Counted from the first letter of the whole stretch, positions 1 to 13,046 are shown. The stretch is 63,892 nucleotides of DNA, filler included, from Octopus bimaculoides (GCF_001194135.2; 5 parts of 4 records of this genome joined end to end with filler, not necessarily neighbours in it); one strand, 5' to 3'. Numbers and translations: made by a program. Notes: a model not told the origin generated them from the sequence alone.

Positions 1-234
1 TCAGTTATGGCTTTATTGATCAATAATTGATCTTTACAGCCGTATGAGCCCTTGCAGCATCCCTTCTGCTCTTCTGGAAACAGGTTGTTATTTTCCAGGT
101 GTTTACTCAATCTCTGCGATATTATTGCAGTAAAGGCTTTGTAGATCGTAAGGAGACAGGTTATAGGTCTATAGTTTTGTGGTTTCTCCGTTTCCGTGGA
201 TTTGGGGATTAAGATGGTTTTCCCTTTTGTGAGC

Positions 235-236
<2 letters not shown>
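1..236 (-). mobile_element. R4/Dong-clade non-LTR retrotransposon, RT-domain fragment, 5'-truncated at a (TAA)n tract
   Basis: Manual minus-strand translation WLTKGKTILIPKSTETEKPQNYRPITCLLTIYKAFTAIISQRLSKHLENNNLFPEEQKGCCKGSYGCKDQLLINKAIT matches non-LTR RT motifs (YRPITCL, EQKG, GCKDQLLI) of the R4/Dong type; runs off the window edge. Confidence 0.8.

Positions 237-307
<71 letters not shown>
236..307 (+). repeat. (TTA)n microsatellite
   Basis: Direct inspection. Confidence 0.97.
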
Positions 308-329
308 TATGTTTGTATCACTTCTGTTA

Positions 330-1760
330 TTTTTATACTTAGATAGAAGGTGTGCAGTTTTCTATTGTTAATTGAGGAGATGATGGCAGCTAGGTTATGT
401 GTTAGACTATATTCTATTCTTATTGTTTTGTTATTGGTTATCTCTCAATATTTGTTTTCTCCATTTGTAAAATGTTTGTTAATTAAGCTAAAAATTGGTT
501 TTACTATGTTATTCTTGATTTGCATAGCGAAAGAGATTATTAGCCATATAGTATCTATTTCATTATTTCCCGTATTACGGTTACTCATATTATGTGTAAA
601 TTCTCTGTTATTATTCTTATTTTTATATTTAATAATACTATCTTTGTTATAATTTTTACTATTGTTACTAATTATTTTATTATTGTTATTATTATTATTA
701 TTGTTGATGTTGTTATTATGTCTATTTTTATATTTTATGGGTTGTCTTATCGTATTTGAAATATTTCTTTTTTTATTGTTATTTTTATATTTATCTTTGG
801 TAGTGTTATATTTGTCCAAATTTTGTGGGTTGCTTTCAGTTACTCTATCCTGGCTATTATAGTTAATATTGTTGGGGAGGTATTTAATTTTACCTTTATA
901 TCCTGCATTTTTTAGTGCTATATTGTATTTTTCTTTATGTTTATTAAATATTTCTTCATTAGAGGAGAGGTTTGAAATTACTTTACTGATATTTAGTAAT
1001 AGGTTTTTTTTTTATTTGCGAGAGATGGTTACTAGAATTATTTATGTATCTTAATGTAGAGTTGTTTTTTTTTATATAAGGCTCATGGAGTCCGCTATTT
1101 AGGTTACGATTTGCATCTAAATAGTTTATAGAATAGTTTTCGTTTTCTATAATTTTGGAAAGGTCAAAACTATTAAAGAATTGAAGCAAACGCTTTTTAA
1201 GCAGTTCAAGACGTCTGTTTGAAAGGTTCTTAACTAAGAACAGTGCGTCATCCCTATATAGACCTCCGGTTAATTCAGGGAATTCTCTACCTATATTATC
1301 TAAGATATATAGACCTAGCAGGTCTGTCGCTTCCACTGAGTCTGGCGATCCTATTGTAATATCAAAGAGGCCTGTGTATCTTTTATCGCCTATAATTTGT
1401 TATCAAATTCGATAACAGTCTTACGGGCAGTAAGTATCACTTTTATCTTTCTCACACTTAGGTTAGTGTATTAAGGACAATAGGGATTACAGATGCATAA
1501 TAATTCTGCATATCAATTTGTATTAAGTTTTGGTTGTATCTATTTCCTATTTGTATATTGGAAAACCAATCTAATACACTTTGTGTGTTTTTCCGTAGAT
1601 GCAGTTTAACTGTATTTTTAATTGTTGGTAGGTATTTATCTAATATTATTTGATTAAGTTTCCCTATGTCAGATTTGTTGGGACATATTAGTCAAACCTG
1701 TGTTTTGTTAGGGAAGTTTTCTTTGTGGTCCTTATGAATTCAAACCTTGAATTCAATCTG
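330..1760 (-). mobile_element. Penelope-like element (AT-rich family), decayed RT region
   Basis: Minus-strand segments IHKDHKENFPNKTQV*LICPNKSDIGKL..., FDITIGSPDSVEATDLLGLYIL...GGLYRDDALF (YRDD catalytic motif), YLD..., NNSSNH, ALKNAGYK and IWL...KPIFSLINKHF follow PLE RT order, with stops and frameshifts. Confidence 0.85.
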
Positions 1761-2979
1761 GTCGTGTGCATACGTGCATATATATGTATGTATACATTCG
1801 TTTATGTAAGTATATCGTATGTTGTATATAAATAAATAAATATATANNNNNNNNNNNNNNNNNNNNNNNNNNNNNNNNNNNNNNNNNNNNNNNNNNNNNN
1901 NNNNNNNNNNNNNNNNNNNNNNNNNNNNNNNNNNNNNNNNNNNNNNNNNNNNNNNNNNNNNNNNNNNNNNNNNNNNNNNNNNNNNNNNNNNNNNNNNNNN
2001 NNNNNNNNNNNNNNNNNNNNNNNNNNNNNNNNNNNNNNNNNNNNNNNNNNNNNNNNNNNNNNNNNNNNNNNNNNNNNNNNNNNNNNNNNNNNNNNNNNNN
2101 NNNNNNNNNNNNNNNNNNNNNNNNNNNNNNNNNNNNNNNNNNNNNNNNNNNNNNNNNNNNNNNNNNNNNNNNNNNNNNNNNNNNNNNNNNNNNNNNNNNN
2201 NNNNNNNNNNNNNNNNNNNNNNNNNNNNNNNNNNNNNNNNNNNNNNNNNNNNNNNNNNNNNNNNNNNNNNNNNNNNNNNNNNNNNNNNNNNNNNNNNNNN
2301 NNNNNNNNNNNNNNNNNNNNNNNNNNNNNNNNNNNNNNNNNNNNNNNNNNNNNNNNNNNNNNNNNNNNNNNNNNNNNNNNNNNNNNNNNNNNNNNNNNNN
2401 NNNNNNNNNNNNNNNNNNNNNNNNNNNNNNNNNNNNNNNNNNNNNNNNNNNNNNNNNNNNNNNNNNNNNNNNNNNNNNNNNNNNNNNNNNNNNNNNNNNN
2501 NNNNNNNNNNNNNNNNNNNNNNNNNNNNNNNNNNNNNNNNNNNNNNNNNNNNNNNNNNNNNNNNNNNNNNNNNNNNNNNNNNNNNNNNNNNNNNNNNNNN
2601 NNNNNNNNNNNNNNNNNNNNNNNNNNNNNNNNNNNNNNNNNNNNNNNNNNNNNNNNNNNNNNNNNNNNNNNNNNNNNNNNNNNNNNNNNNNNNNNNATAT
2701 ATAAATATATATATGTATGTATGTATGTATGTATGCATGTAAGTATGTATGTATGTATGTAGATTTCACCATTTAACATTGTATTTATGCTTTTAAGATT
2801 TAGTATAAAACATTTATACATTTGTAAAATATTGGATGAATGGAAATTTAGCAATTTGAAGTGGACAAATATGTATTATCCTACTTCAGAATTGTATTAA
2901 AGATTACAATGAATTGTTGTGCGTATGTGTGAGTATTCATTTAAATGTACATGTATATATACATATATATATATATGTA

Positions 2980-3016
<37 letters not shown>

Positions 3017-5333
3017 NNNNNNNNNNTATTTCCAGCGTGGTGGTATCTCTTAGGTACCCTAAATTATAATTTTAAATATATACACATATATATAGACATA
3101 TATATAAATGTGTGTATACATATACAAACACACACACACATCCACACACACATACACACCCACACACATACACAAACACCTACATATACGCATACACACA
3201 CAAACAAACACATACACATATACATATATATAAACAAACATATATCCAAATTCATAGAAAATAATTACACACACGTGTATACATAACTTTACACATGCAT
3301 ATATACATAGAAATTCAATGTATATGCACACGTATAAATACACATATACTTGTATGCACATTCACACAGCTACGTACCTATACATTACACAAGGGGAGAT
3401 AATCATAATATAAATAAATAATACGATGATGAAGACAAAAAATATCACAGAGAGATAGGACTTTTAGTAGAAATAAAAACTGCCAGTACACAACTAGAAA
3501 TGCTGATATAAATTTTATAGGGGTAACAAAGAGACACTGATGCCTCTCTCTCTATCTTTCTCTCTCTCTCTCTNNNNNNNNNNNNNNNNNNNNNNNNNNN
3601 NNNNNNNNNNNNNNNNNNNNNNNNNNNNNNNNNNNNNNNNNNNNNNNNNNNNNNNNNNNNNNNNNNNNNNNNNNNNNNNNNNNNNNNNNNNNNNNNNNNN
3701 NNNNNNNNNNNNNNNNNNNNNNNNNNNNNNNNNNNNNNNNNNNNNNNNNNNNNNNNNNNNNNNNNNNNNNNNNNNNNNNNNNNNNNNNNNNNNNNNNNNN
3801 NNNNNNNNNNNNNNNNNNNNNNNNNNNNNNNNNNNNNNNNNNNNNNNNNNNNNNNNNNNNNNNNNNNNNNNNNNNNNNNNNNNNNNNNNNNNNNNNNNNN
3901 NNNNNNNNNNNNNNNNNNNNNNNNNNNNNNNNNNNNNNNNNNNNNNNNNNNNNNNNNNNNNNNNNNNNNNNNNNNNNNNNNNNNNNNNNNNNNNNNNNNN
4001 NNNNNNNNNNNNNNNNNNNNNNNNNNNNNNNNNNNNNNNNNNNNNNNNNNNNNNNNNNNNNNNNNNNNNNNNNNNNNNNNNNNNNNNNNNNNNNNNNNNN
4101 NNNNNNNNNNNNNNNNNNNNNNNNNNNNNNNNNNNNNNNNNNNNNNNNNNNNNNNNNNNNNNNNNNNNNNNNNNNNNNNNNNNNNNNNNNNNNNNNNNNN
4201 NNNNNNNNNNNNNNNNNNNNNNNNNNNNNNNNNNNNNNNNNNNNNNNNNNNNNNNNNNNNNNNNNNNNNNNNNNNNNNNNNNNNNNNNNNNNNNNNNNNN
4301 NNNNNNNNNNNNNNNNNNNCCGGGCGTTGCTCGTGTCACATGGAATTGAAGAATTAGACTTTTCTTTTATATTATGTCTAATGAACTGGAATACCTGTGA
4401 TTCGAATTTCATCAAACTTGGAGATTAAGGATTTTAATGGGGATTCTTTCCCTCTTTACATACCCTAAGAAAAATTCTAATCCTGACACATTTATCCCAT
4501 ACTACTCGTCTTTATGTCCAGATTCCAAAATCCAAATCTTATAAAACCCATTCAAAGGTTTTTGCTCCTGAAAAATGTAGCACATGGCGCAGATGAAACT
4601 CTAAAATGTGGGAGTTAAGGCCCCTTAAAGTCAACCAGAGAAGTTAAATTGTTGGGAATCTCTTTTAACTTGTGTCATATCTATTGTTCAAATTTCTTTA
4701 AAATCGAAAATATATGAATGTTTATCGAGGGCAAAGCCAGAGGAAACCGAAAGACGAATGATCTCAATAAGCAGTCAGCTACCCTAGTCGTTACCACTCT
4801 CCAATGTAGGATTCTTCACCTTACAGGTGACCGGCACAGCTGTAAGATGCATTGCAGATCTCTATCAATTGGAAAGGCGTGACCCAACACAAATAATCAT
4901 TAACAACTGTCTGACATGAGGGCTAAGAGGAAATAAAAGTGTACCTCTGGAGTTTGCCAACGATCACTATGTTGATATGTAACTGAACAGAATAAATTTA
5001 CAATCTATAAATCTCTTGGAATGACCAATCACATATCTGGAAGGCCTTGAAATCAATCTTACCATCTGGTTACTATTTCTAATCCAGTGATAATAAAAAG
5101 ACTCAAAGAGGTCTACAACCAAATAACTTTACTTAAAATTAAAAAATTGCAACTGAATCAGTGGAGGCAAAGATGCTTCTCCTTTACTTGACAATTTATG
5201 CACTACATTGCAGAAATCACAATCTAAGTATATATCAAAGCAAACTCTTACACTGTTGTACCATTGACTTACAAATAGATGTAATCTTGTTTCCAAGACT
5301 ATAACTGTAATTATCTTGGCTTAAGAAAGATGA

Positions 5334-5905
5334 CTAAATTGTGGGGGTTAAGACTCCATTAAGGGTCCTTCTAACCTTCTAAGAAGCTGAAATTTTAGGA
5401 ATATTACTTCATTTTTGTCTAATATATATGGTTAAAATTTCATCAACAGCAAAAATATATGAAATTTCATGGGGTTTATGGCCTCATTTATACGCCCTCA
5501 CTTTCAAACATATACTACATTACATAACCACTTATGCATAGAATATAATTTCCAAATTTCATAAAGATCCATTCAGTACTTTTGATCTTGTTGTGGATCA
5601 TTAAAAAAGTGATTAAAATTTTGGAGTTAAGGCCCCCATTAGGGGTCTTAGAATCCTCATGAGAAGTGGAAACTTTGGGAACACTTCTTGATTTGTTTCA
5701 CTTACATATGGTTAAAAATTCATCAGCATCGGAAATTTATGCATTTTCATGGTGGTGGTGGGTCTTCCCCCTTCAATCCTCCTCAAATTCAAACCAAAAA
5801 TGCTGCATTATACCCACCCTTATGCATTGAATCTAAGTTCCAAATGTCATAAGGATCCATTCAGTAATTTTGATCCATGAAATACGACTAAAATTTGGGG
5901 GTTAT
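5334..5905. repeat. Diverged ~275-280 bp tandem repeat (2 units plus start of a third; related copy near 4601)
   Basis: Unit starts (c)taaaatt..gggggttaag at ~5334, 5614 and 5888; shared ccaaat[tg]tcataa[ag]gatccattcagta[ca]ttttgatc block at ~5552 and ~5841. Confidence 0.75.
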
Positions 5906-5989
5906 CCAAAGAAATGCAAATTTTGATAATATTTTTAATATATAAAAAGATAAAGAGAGCAATGGTAAAGTTGGAAATATATTTTATGG

Positions 5990-6420
5990 ATAGAGTCTTA
6001 CAGCTGTTTCTGGGAAGATCCAGTACTTCCCTTCATCGGAGACAGAACTAGTAAAGGAATCGATTATTATATCCATAGGCGGAGAGTTATAGTATGAAGT
6101 GAGAGTGAGTGTGATGCGCTGAAAAAAGAAAGAAAGAGAGAACAGTACTTGGAGTGTAGTTTCATTCCAGTAGTAAGTATCCGTGTAAAGTAATCCTTGT
6201 GGGAATTTTCCGGAAATAGTTGCTGCAGCAAAGGCTGAAAGAGCAGAGGTGGATATATGCCATATTGTGTCCGAGGTATATCGCTTGTTTTTACTTGAAG
6301 GATGACCCAAGTCAAGTGGGAGATGTGTAAATCTCTGGGAGATTAGGTAAATGTATTAATAAATTCAGGGAGGTATGTAGAAAGCACTCACTGGTTACCT
6401 TGACTGCATTACGTTAACAG
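5990..6420 (-). mobile_element. Probable PLE 3' end / pseudo-LTR
   Basis: Terminates in a minimal hammerhead of the PLE type; upstream coding remnant not assignable. Confidence 0.5.
5995..6043 (-). ncRNA. Minimal type I hammerhead ribozyme, core variant CCGAUGA
   Basis: Minus strand GTCT-CCGATGA-A-GGGAAG(tactggat)CTTCCC-A-GAAAC-agct-GTA/AGAC: stem I GTCT/AGAC, 6-bp stem II, palindromic stem III, GUA triplet. Confidence 0.7.
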
Positions 6421-6759
6421 AACATGAGGGTTATATAGATTAAGTAGTATTTTGTAGCTTTCTTCTATATTTAAGTATGGTGACACAATGGAAACAGTCT
6501 TCGGAAATGTATGGTGTATCCATCAAATAAAGATGTGGTACCCTCCATTCTTATGCCTATTGCTTGAGATTTTGATATATATATGGGTGTTTGTGTGTGT
6601 ATAGATATAAATATATGTGTATATGTCTGTGTATGCATACACACATAATCCATCCTAGTAAGCAATAGGTTTTATATTTGCCTAAGACACACAAACACAC
6701 ACACTGACACACACACATGCACGCACGCACACGTACACGCACGCACGCGTACACGCACG

Positions 6760-6817
<58 letters not shown>

Positions 6818-6886
6818 AATATAGTGTGGCACCTGTTCCTTCTGTGCATTATGTGACAGAATGTGCAAAGTTTTCGNNNNNNNNNN

Positions 6887-6927
<41 letters not shown>

Positions 6928-7659
6928 CGATAGATACATATACACTATATACATATATATCTACATGGAGAAAAAAATATATGAAGAAAATATGAATGCA
7001 TATAGCGAGGCGATTAAAAATAAGATGTAAAGTGAATCCGGGATAACGTCCATCGTCAAGTCCAAAAGAGAAAGGAATCCAGAAAAATGTAAGAATAAAT
7101 CCACGTCTTCGACCGTTTCAAGAGCCAATGCCGCAATCCATTACACATTGAAACACCTTGGTGACAGTGGCCCCTTCGACTGTAAAAAAATTATATCTTC
7201 ATCGGGGCGGTTTCCCGTTCTGGTAATCCATCAATAAGAGCAGTACATATTTATACCTTCGGGCTTCAGTACTAAACACCCCGGTATTTGAATATGTATT
7301 TATATTCTACGGTGTGACTATATGGGGATGATTTGAAGTTGTTTGACCAATTAGGTTGGTTGTTAACCACTGTGTTTGTCTTTTGTCTCATATTTTACTT
7401 GAGCACTTCCCTTTGCAGCCTTGTACTTGATTTACTTTTCGATTCCTGTAAGAAAAAAACTTATACGAGCACTAAGCGGAGCTACCTGTATGACACTGGA
7501 TCTCCCCGTGTAACTGCCAGCAGTTGGCTTTTAAGAGGGGTTCCAGAGTAACCCATCAAAACAGAGAGGGTGGGAGAACCACTCGACCACAGGGAACTCC
7601 AGGTGAGTAAGTGATACTCCCTTTTCCTTTCCTTACTTCCTGGCCAGCATGATGTTCTT

Positions 7660-7885
7660 AAAGTAGTTTGTATAAATGTACGTAGCCAGGGGTCGTTGTG
7701 AAACCAAGAACGCTTGCGCAAAGACCTCAGGTGACTAAATGTGGATGTAATAGCCGTCAGTGAACCTGAGATCGTGGACACACGCCTATTTGCGATGACT
7801 TTGAGATTTTCTCATCTCTTAGTCGACCGGGAATGAGGGTGGCAGTATTATTAAGAAAAGCCTGGATTTCGAGATTTCGGGAATT
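7660..7885 (+). mobile_element. L1/Tx1-like LINE, AP-endonuclease N-terminal fragment
   Basis: CINVRSQGSL*NQERLRKDLR*LNVDVIAVSEPEI followed by a frameshifted G-VAVLLRKSL-like segment resembles APE motifs I-III. Confidence 0.55.
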
Positions 7886-7931
7886 GCTGCCCTTGTGACT
7901 AAATTTGAAACCATTATTATTATTATTATTA

Positions 7932-7969
<38 letters not shown>

Positions 7970-7971
<2 letters not shown>

Positions 7972-8215
7972 GGCATCGAGTTGGCAGTATCGTTAGATCG
8001 CCGGGCGAAATGCTTTGCGGTATTTCGTTCATGTTTACGTTCTAATTTGAAATTCCATCGAGGTCGACTTTGCCTCTCATCCTTACGGGGTCGATAAATT
8101 AAGTATCCGCCAAGTACTGTGGTCAATGTAAAAGACTAGTCCCCTCCCACTAAATTCAGGCCTTATGACACTAGTAGAAAGGATTATTATTATTATTATC
8201 ATCATTATTATCAAT
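7970..8215 (+). mobile_element. tRNA-derived SINE family A (octopus-type)
   Basis: gagttggcagtatcgttagatcgccgggcgaaatgc...gaggtcgactttgcctctcatccttacggggtcgataaattaagta; homologous to at least 6 other copies in the window; (TTA)n on both flanks. Confidence 0.8.
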
Positions 8216-8724
8216 GATCTACAGAAGTATTCGAGACACATTCAAACAAAACTTAAAATCACACACACATACGTGCGCGCACACACAAATGCACATTCGC
8301 TCACACACATCTGCACGCATTTACACTCGCACACATATACACACGCACACACATTTATATATATATGTATCTATTTAAGCATCATCAAGAGAAAAGGCTT
8401 GCAACTAGAACATCAAGACAACAAGACACAATTTTAGTTTGGTCATGTTCTTGACTGTACCAGCAGGCAATGCTGCAAGAAAGATGAATACAATAAACTG
8501 TTATTACTGTATGAGTGGAATAATTTATTATATTCCCATGTATGGATTATGTTATACCACAGCTATACTATTAGACAACATCACGACAAACAGAGCACTA
8601 ACAGTATCACATCTGTATATTTCATGTAATAAGACATTATATAGACAAGGGTTATACGAAGAGTAATGTTAAACGCTTTTATTGAAATAGGTCGTAACGC
8701 GGGGCTGAAAAAAATCGATAAATA

Positions 8725-8915
8725 CAGGTTGGCCGCTATCAGTTTGTGCCAGACGCTGTCAAGACCTCAGGTGTTCTACAACCCCGTACTACCGATTTCC
8801 TCCGCAGTATAGGGATAACGGCGGCCCGTCGGAGAAATGAGCGCTGCGAGGTGCAGCGAGTGTCGTTGGCCATTCGTTGAGGCAACAGCATCGCAGTCCT
8901 TATCGCGGCACGCGA
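8725..8915 (+). mobile_element. CRE-like non-LTR element, restriction-like endonuclease C-terminus
   Basis: RYQFVPDAVKTSGVLQPRTTDFLRSIG...QRVSLAIR*GNSIAVL matches the F.P.A.ETSG...QR.SLA..RGN end of RLE-type non-LTR ORFs. Confidence 0.65.
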
Positions 8916-9689
8916 TTGAGCGCGCCATTTCTTCCGGAGGACGTGGCCCATCGCCCCTCCACTTCTATGTTCTGCAGACTTACCCTTCCACCTTTTTCCT
9001 TTTTTTCTTTTCCCTGCTTATCACTCTTTTTTTCCTGTTTCTTTGTATTTAAATGTTATAAATGTTTACTCCCCCAACCCCAAATTGCAGATATTGAAAG
9101 GGCAACTCTTACTCTATTCACAAGTGGTACGCTATAAGGCAGAATTCTGATTTAAGTATCCCATATAACCCCTCATATCGTTTTTATGTTTTGGAATTTT
9201 CAGAAATAAACGGTGCACCAGCATGACCGCAGCCACTTGGCTGAAACACATAAATAAATAAAATAAATAAATATGATTATGCAAAAATAATCTTTTGCAT
9301 TTGTGATTTAAGGGCGATTTAGCTTTTGATTTTAGCATATCCCACGACCAGGTGATACCTTCCTCGTTTTTTTTTGCCACTCTAACATGTACTGATGTTT
9401 TTCAATATTTTTTGTACTCATTAACACATTTAATGGAAAGATGATGCACCCAAGAGTGATCCACAGTGGGGATTTAAGCAAAAACTTCCCACTGTCGGTA
9501 TTTTAAACCCTGCTTTAAAAAAAATTCGGAAGAGAGTGGGGCTTTTAGGATTTATGAGATGGGGATGGTTTAAAAAAAAATTAAAAAAGCAATTTTTTTC
9601 TTTCATAATTGTATGAATTTCCACCCAAGTGTAGAAAACTAATTCGCAATTTATTTTTTTTTAACTCCAAAGAATGAAAAAGTTATGAT

Positions 9690-10500
9690 TGTTTATATGG
9701 GGTGCTTAAACCAGAATTCCGCTGCTATCGTTGAACCCAATTCTCAAATCCACTTTGAAAAATATCCCATCCCAAGTATTCGCTATTATACCCTTTGATC
9801 CACAGCCACCTTTATTTCGACTGTGTCAAAAATGGTAGTCCTCGAAGACTATACTTCATGAAGTCGAACTCGTGGAATTCTAAGAGTTAGTGATCCAGAG
9901 TGTAGGGTCGGTGGGGTATCACTGGCCATGACAATTTTCTCCATTGCTTGATTTGTTGCCAAAGACGTTTGAGATCACATATTGTTAGGGTGAACGGGAA
10001 GCACTTTCAGCTTCCGGTTCAGTCTCCTTTCTGGTTCTTCTAAGCTTTCTTTTTTTAATATAGCAATGCGCAGCTCTCTGTTCACGGTGCGCTGTTCGTA
10101 TCCCAAAACAATCAACAAAGCATTTATTATGACTTTCTGTAAGAATTCCTGACTGTTGAACCTATAAGCTTTGGAAAAAAGGTGTGATGCAATTGCATCG
10201 GCCGAACCTTTGTTTTCGGAACATAGAGATTCGCCCACGTTACATCACTTGTCTGAAATAATATACTGCATTGAGAAAACAGTGCAATTGTGCAGCAAGC
10301 TCATAGATTGCGATTCGAAAGTCTACGTGAACTATTTCGTCTAGTCTCTGGCGATTCGTGTCAATGTTCGCAGATGATGGCTATCCATTGTCTATTCTGA
10401 CTTCAAAACTAATGTTCCCTGCTTTACGCTTAAATCTGTTCACGTTGCACTTGACAGTGGCATTATGTCTGCAAATGACATGTAGCCTTCAATGAATGTT
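9690..10500 (-). mobile_element. Highly decayed mariner-type transposase
   Basis: Minus-strand remnants IDTNRQRLDEIVHVDFRIAIYELAAQL (HTH region) and a frameshifted HPPY-SPD-like segment followed by MKYSLRG...F. Confidence 0.5.
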
Positions 10501-10864
10501 GGATAGCCAGCACCTCTCCTTTGAGAAGAACTTAAAGATGGCAGGCAGATTCTAATTGGAAGCAATTATTTGTATGCCATACAGAAGAACAGGAAGAAAT
10601 GTTTGCAATTTAAAGGAAATTTTCCTGTGAATAAAGAAGTTATGTCCAATGTTACATTATATTCGGTATAACCATCCTCTATGTACGTGTATGTGTGTGT
10701 ATTTTTACACATACGTATGCTTACACACGCGCGCGCTCTCAAACATGTATATACGTACGTCCATACATATAAACATGCATATATATATATATATATGTCA
10801 ACCATATCGAATTATTAACGTACCTGCTGGTAAGTACACGTACATACACCTCCCTACCAATGAT

Positions 10865-10914
<50 letters not shown>

Positions 10915-11460
10915 NNNNNNNNNNNNNNNNNNNNNNNNNNNNNNNNNNNNNNNNNNNNNNNNNNNNNNNNNNNNNNNNNNNNNNNNNNNNNNNNNNNNNN
11001 NNNNNNNNNNNNNNNNNNNNNNNNNNNNNNNNNNNNNNNNNNNNNNNNNNNNNNNNNNNNNNNNNNNNNNNNNNNNNNNNNNNNNNNNNNNNNNNNNNNN
11101 NNNNNNNNNNNNNNNNNNNNNNNNNNNNNNNNNNNNNNNNNNNNNNNNNNNNNNNNNNNNNNNNNNNNNNNNNNNNNNNNNNNNNNNNNNNNNNNNNNNN
11201 NNNNNNNNNNNNNNNNNNNNNNNNNNNNNNNNNNNNNNNNNNNNNNNNNNNNNNNNNNNNNNNNNNNNNNNNNNNNNNNNNNNNNNNNNNNNNNNNNNNN
11301 NNNNNNNNNNNNNNNNNNNNNNNNNNNNNNNNNNNNNNNNNNNNNNNNNNNNNNNNNNNNNNNNNNNNNNNNNNNNNNNNNNNNNNNNNNNNNNNNNNNN
11401 NNNNNNNNNNNNNNNNNNNNNNNNNNNNNNNNNNNNNNNNNNNNNNNNNNNNNNNNNNNN

Positions 11461-11516
<56 letters not shown>

Positions 11517-12039
11517 AACATATATTTATATAACATAGTCAACCAACGATCTACCTTATCCATCCACTATTGTTGGGAGTGTTACGGAGGAAGACCCTCC
11601 ACTACCTCCTGCATAGGGTCTTATCAGAAGCAACTATCATAACAATTTCCGTCTGGTTTCCCCAACAGTGACCAACTGAGACTATCGATGTTATCCAACT
11701 ACCTCATTCCTTGTCTCCACATATACCCGCTGCCGGTCGGCTCGACTTGAAGATTCGAGCTTGCGATTCTTTCTCGCAGATTCTACATTTCCGTAGTACC
11801 AGTGCTTTGAACTCCAAAATGCAGAAAAGTAGCATCTCGACCTGGTGAGACTCGCTGGTCTCCGAGATGCACGCCCTGTCGAGTTAGATAACGCCTCAGA
11901 TTCTTCGGAAGAATCTCATTTGTTTTTTTTTTGTTTTTTTTTTCTCTTTTTTTTTTTGTATTTGCGATTGTACTTTTTCGATCATTGCTCAAAATTTGTG
12001 ACCATAAATATGGATAGGCCCGAAAACCAGTCGGTTAAA

Positions 12040-12900
12040 AAGGTAACATGCTGACCAAGATCCTCTCAAGTACTGTGACCAAATGAGGTTTCTTTCATCG
12101 GCATTGATCTGATGAAATAAGATCCCTTTCGTTAGTTTTCTTTGGTGTTGGTCTTGATATCCTTTCGTAACTGTGTATCAGCAAGTTGGCATAGTACTCT
12201 GCATTCATGGTGTGGCCCTTCTTAAGATGGTCCATAAAAACAATGCCTTTTACATCCTCAAAAACTGAGGTCATCACCTTTCCTGCCGATGAAACGACCT
12301 TCGCCTACTTTGGAGTAGCTGAAGGAGGGGTGTTTCGATTGCATGGATTGTCTTTTTGTCTCCGGCTCAAAGGGAAGATTGCATCGCACATCTTGGCTAA
12401 GGAATCGTTCAAGGAAACCAGCTGGACCTGATTCAAACAATGTGATATTTTTTCATGATATGTTCAGCCTGGTGCGTTTTTGATCAGGTCAGAAGACGTT
12501 ATACTCATCGAGTAGAAATCTTCATCATGACAAGTTCATTGGGGAGAATATTTTCAACTTTCTCACGGGATATGCTAATAGCATTGGTTATTTGATTTAT
12601 TGTAAATCCTCTGTAATCCATCATCGTGTGAGGAACACGATCAGTTTTCCTCGGTGGTGATAGTTGCAGGACGTCCCTTTCTCTCTTAAATGAAGCTTCA
12701 CACTTTTACACTGTTGATAAAGCTAAAGCGTCATCTTCTAATGTAGCAAGCATGTTAGCATGAATGTCTTTGGGGATAAACTGTTTTTTCTGTAGGTGCT
12801 TGATAATATCACGTTGAAAAATTTTGTCCATTTTCAAGATAATTCGCTATTAATTACTTTTGAAGTTTTCTTTGAACATTGAGAAGTCAGTTTGCCTGGA
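12040..12900 (-). mobile_element. mariner (DD34D-type) transposon relic
   Basis: MDKIF..IIKHLQKK..PKDIHANMLATL; FEPETKRQSMQSKHP; MMTSVFEDVKGIVFMDHLKKGHTMNAEYYANLL; multiple frameshifts; C-terminus missing. Confidence 0.85.
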
Positions 12901-13015
12901 GTGAAAAAATGCCATAATCAATAAGAAGTGTTGAAATTGTTACATGCAAGGTTTCACAGTTCTAGCATCACTGCTTCACAGTAGGCTTATGACTTCTTCT
13001 GACCATCCTTGTGTG

Positions 13016-13039
<24 letters not shown>

Positions 13040-13046
<7 letters not shown>

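Noticed and set aside
350-862. Hydrophobic plus-strand ORFs resembling membrane proteins (also 56775-57080)
   Set aside because: Antisense of A-rich PLE sequence or T-rich low-complexity DNA
1740-2854. Long ORFs in the track spanning N gaps (also 3515-4415, 10649-11642, 30867-31902, 43826-44838, 49778-50568, 51429-52652, 59144-60177)
   Set aside because: Open only because of X codons and dinucleotide repeats
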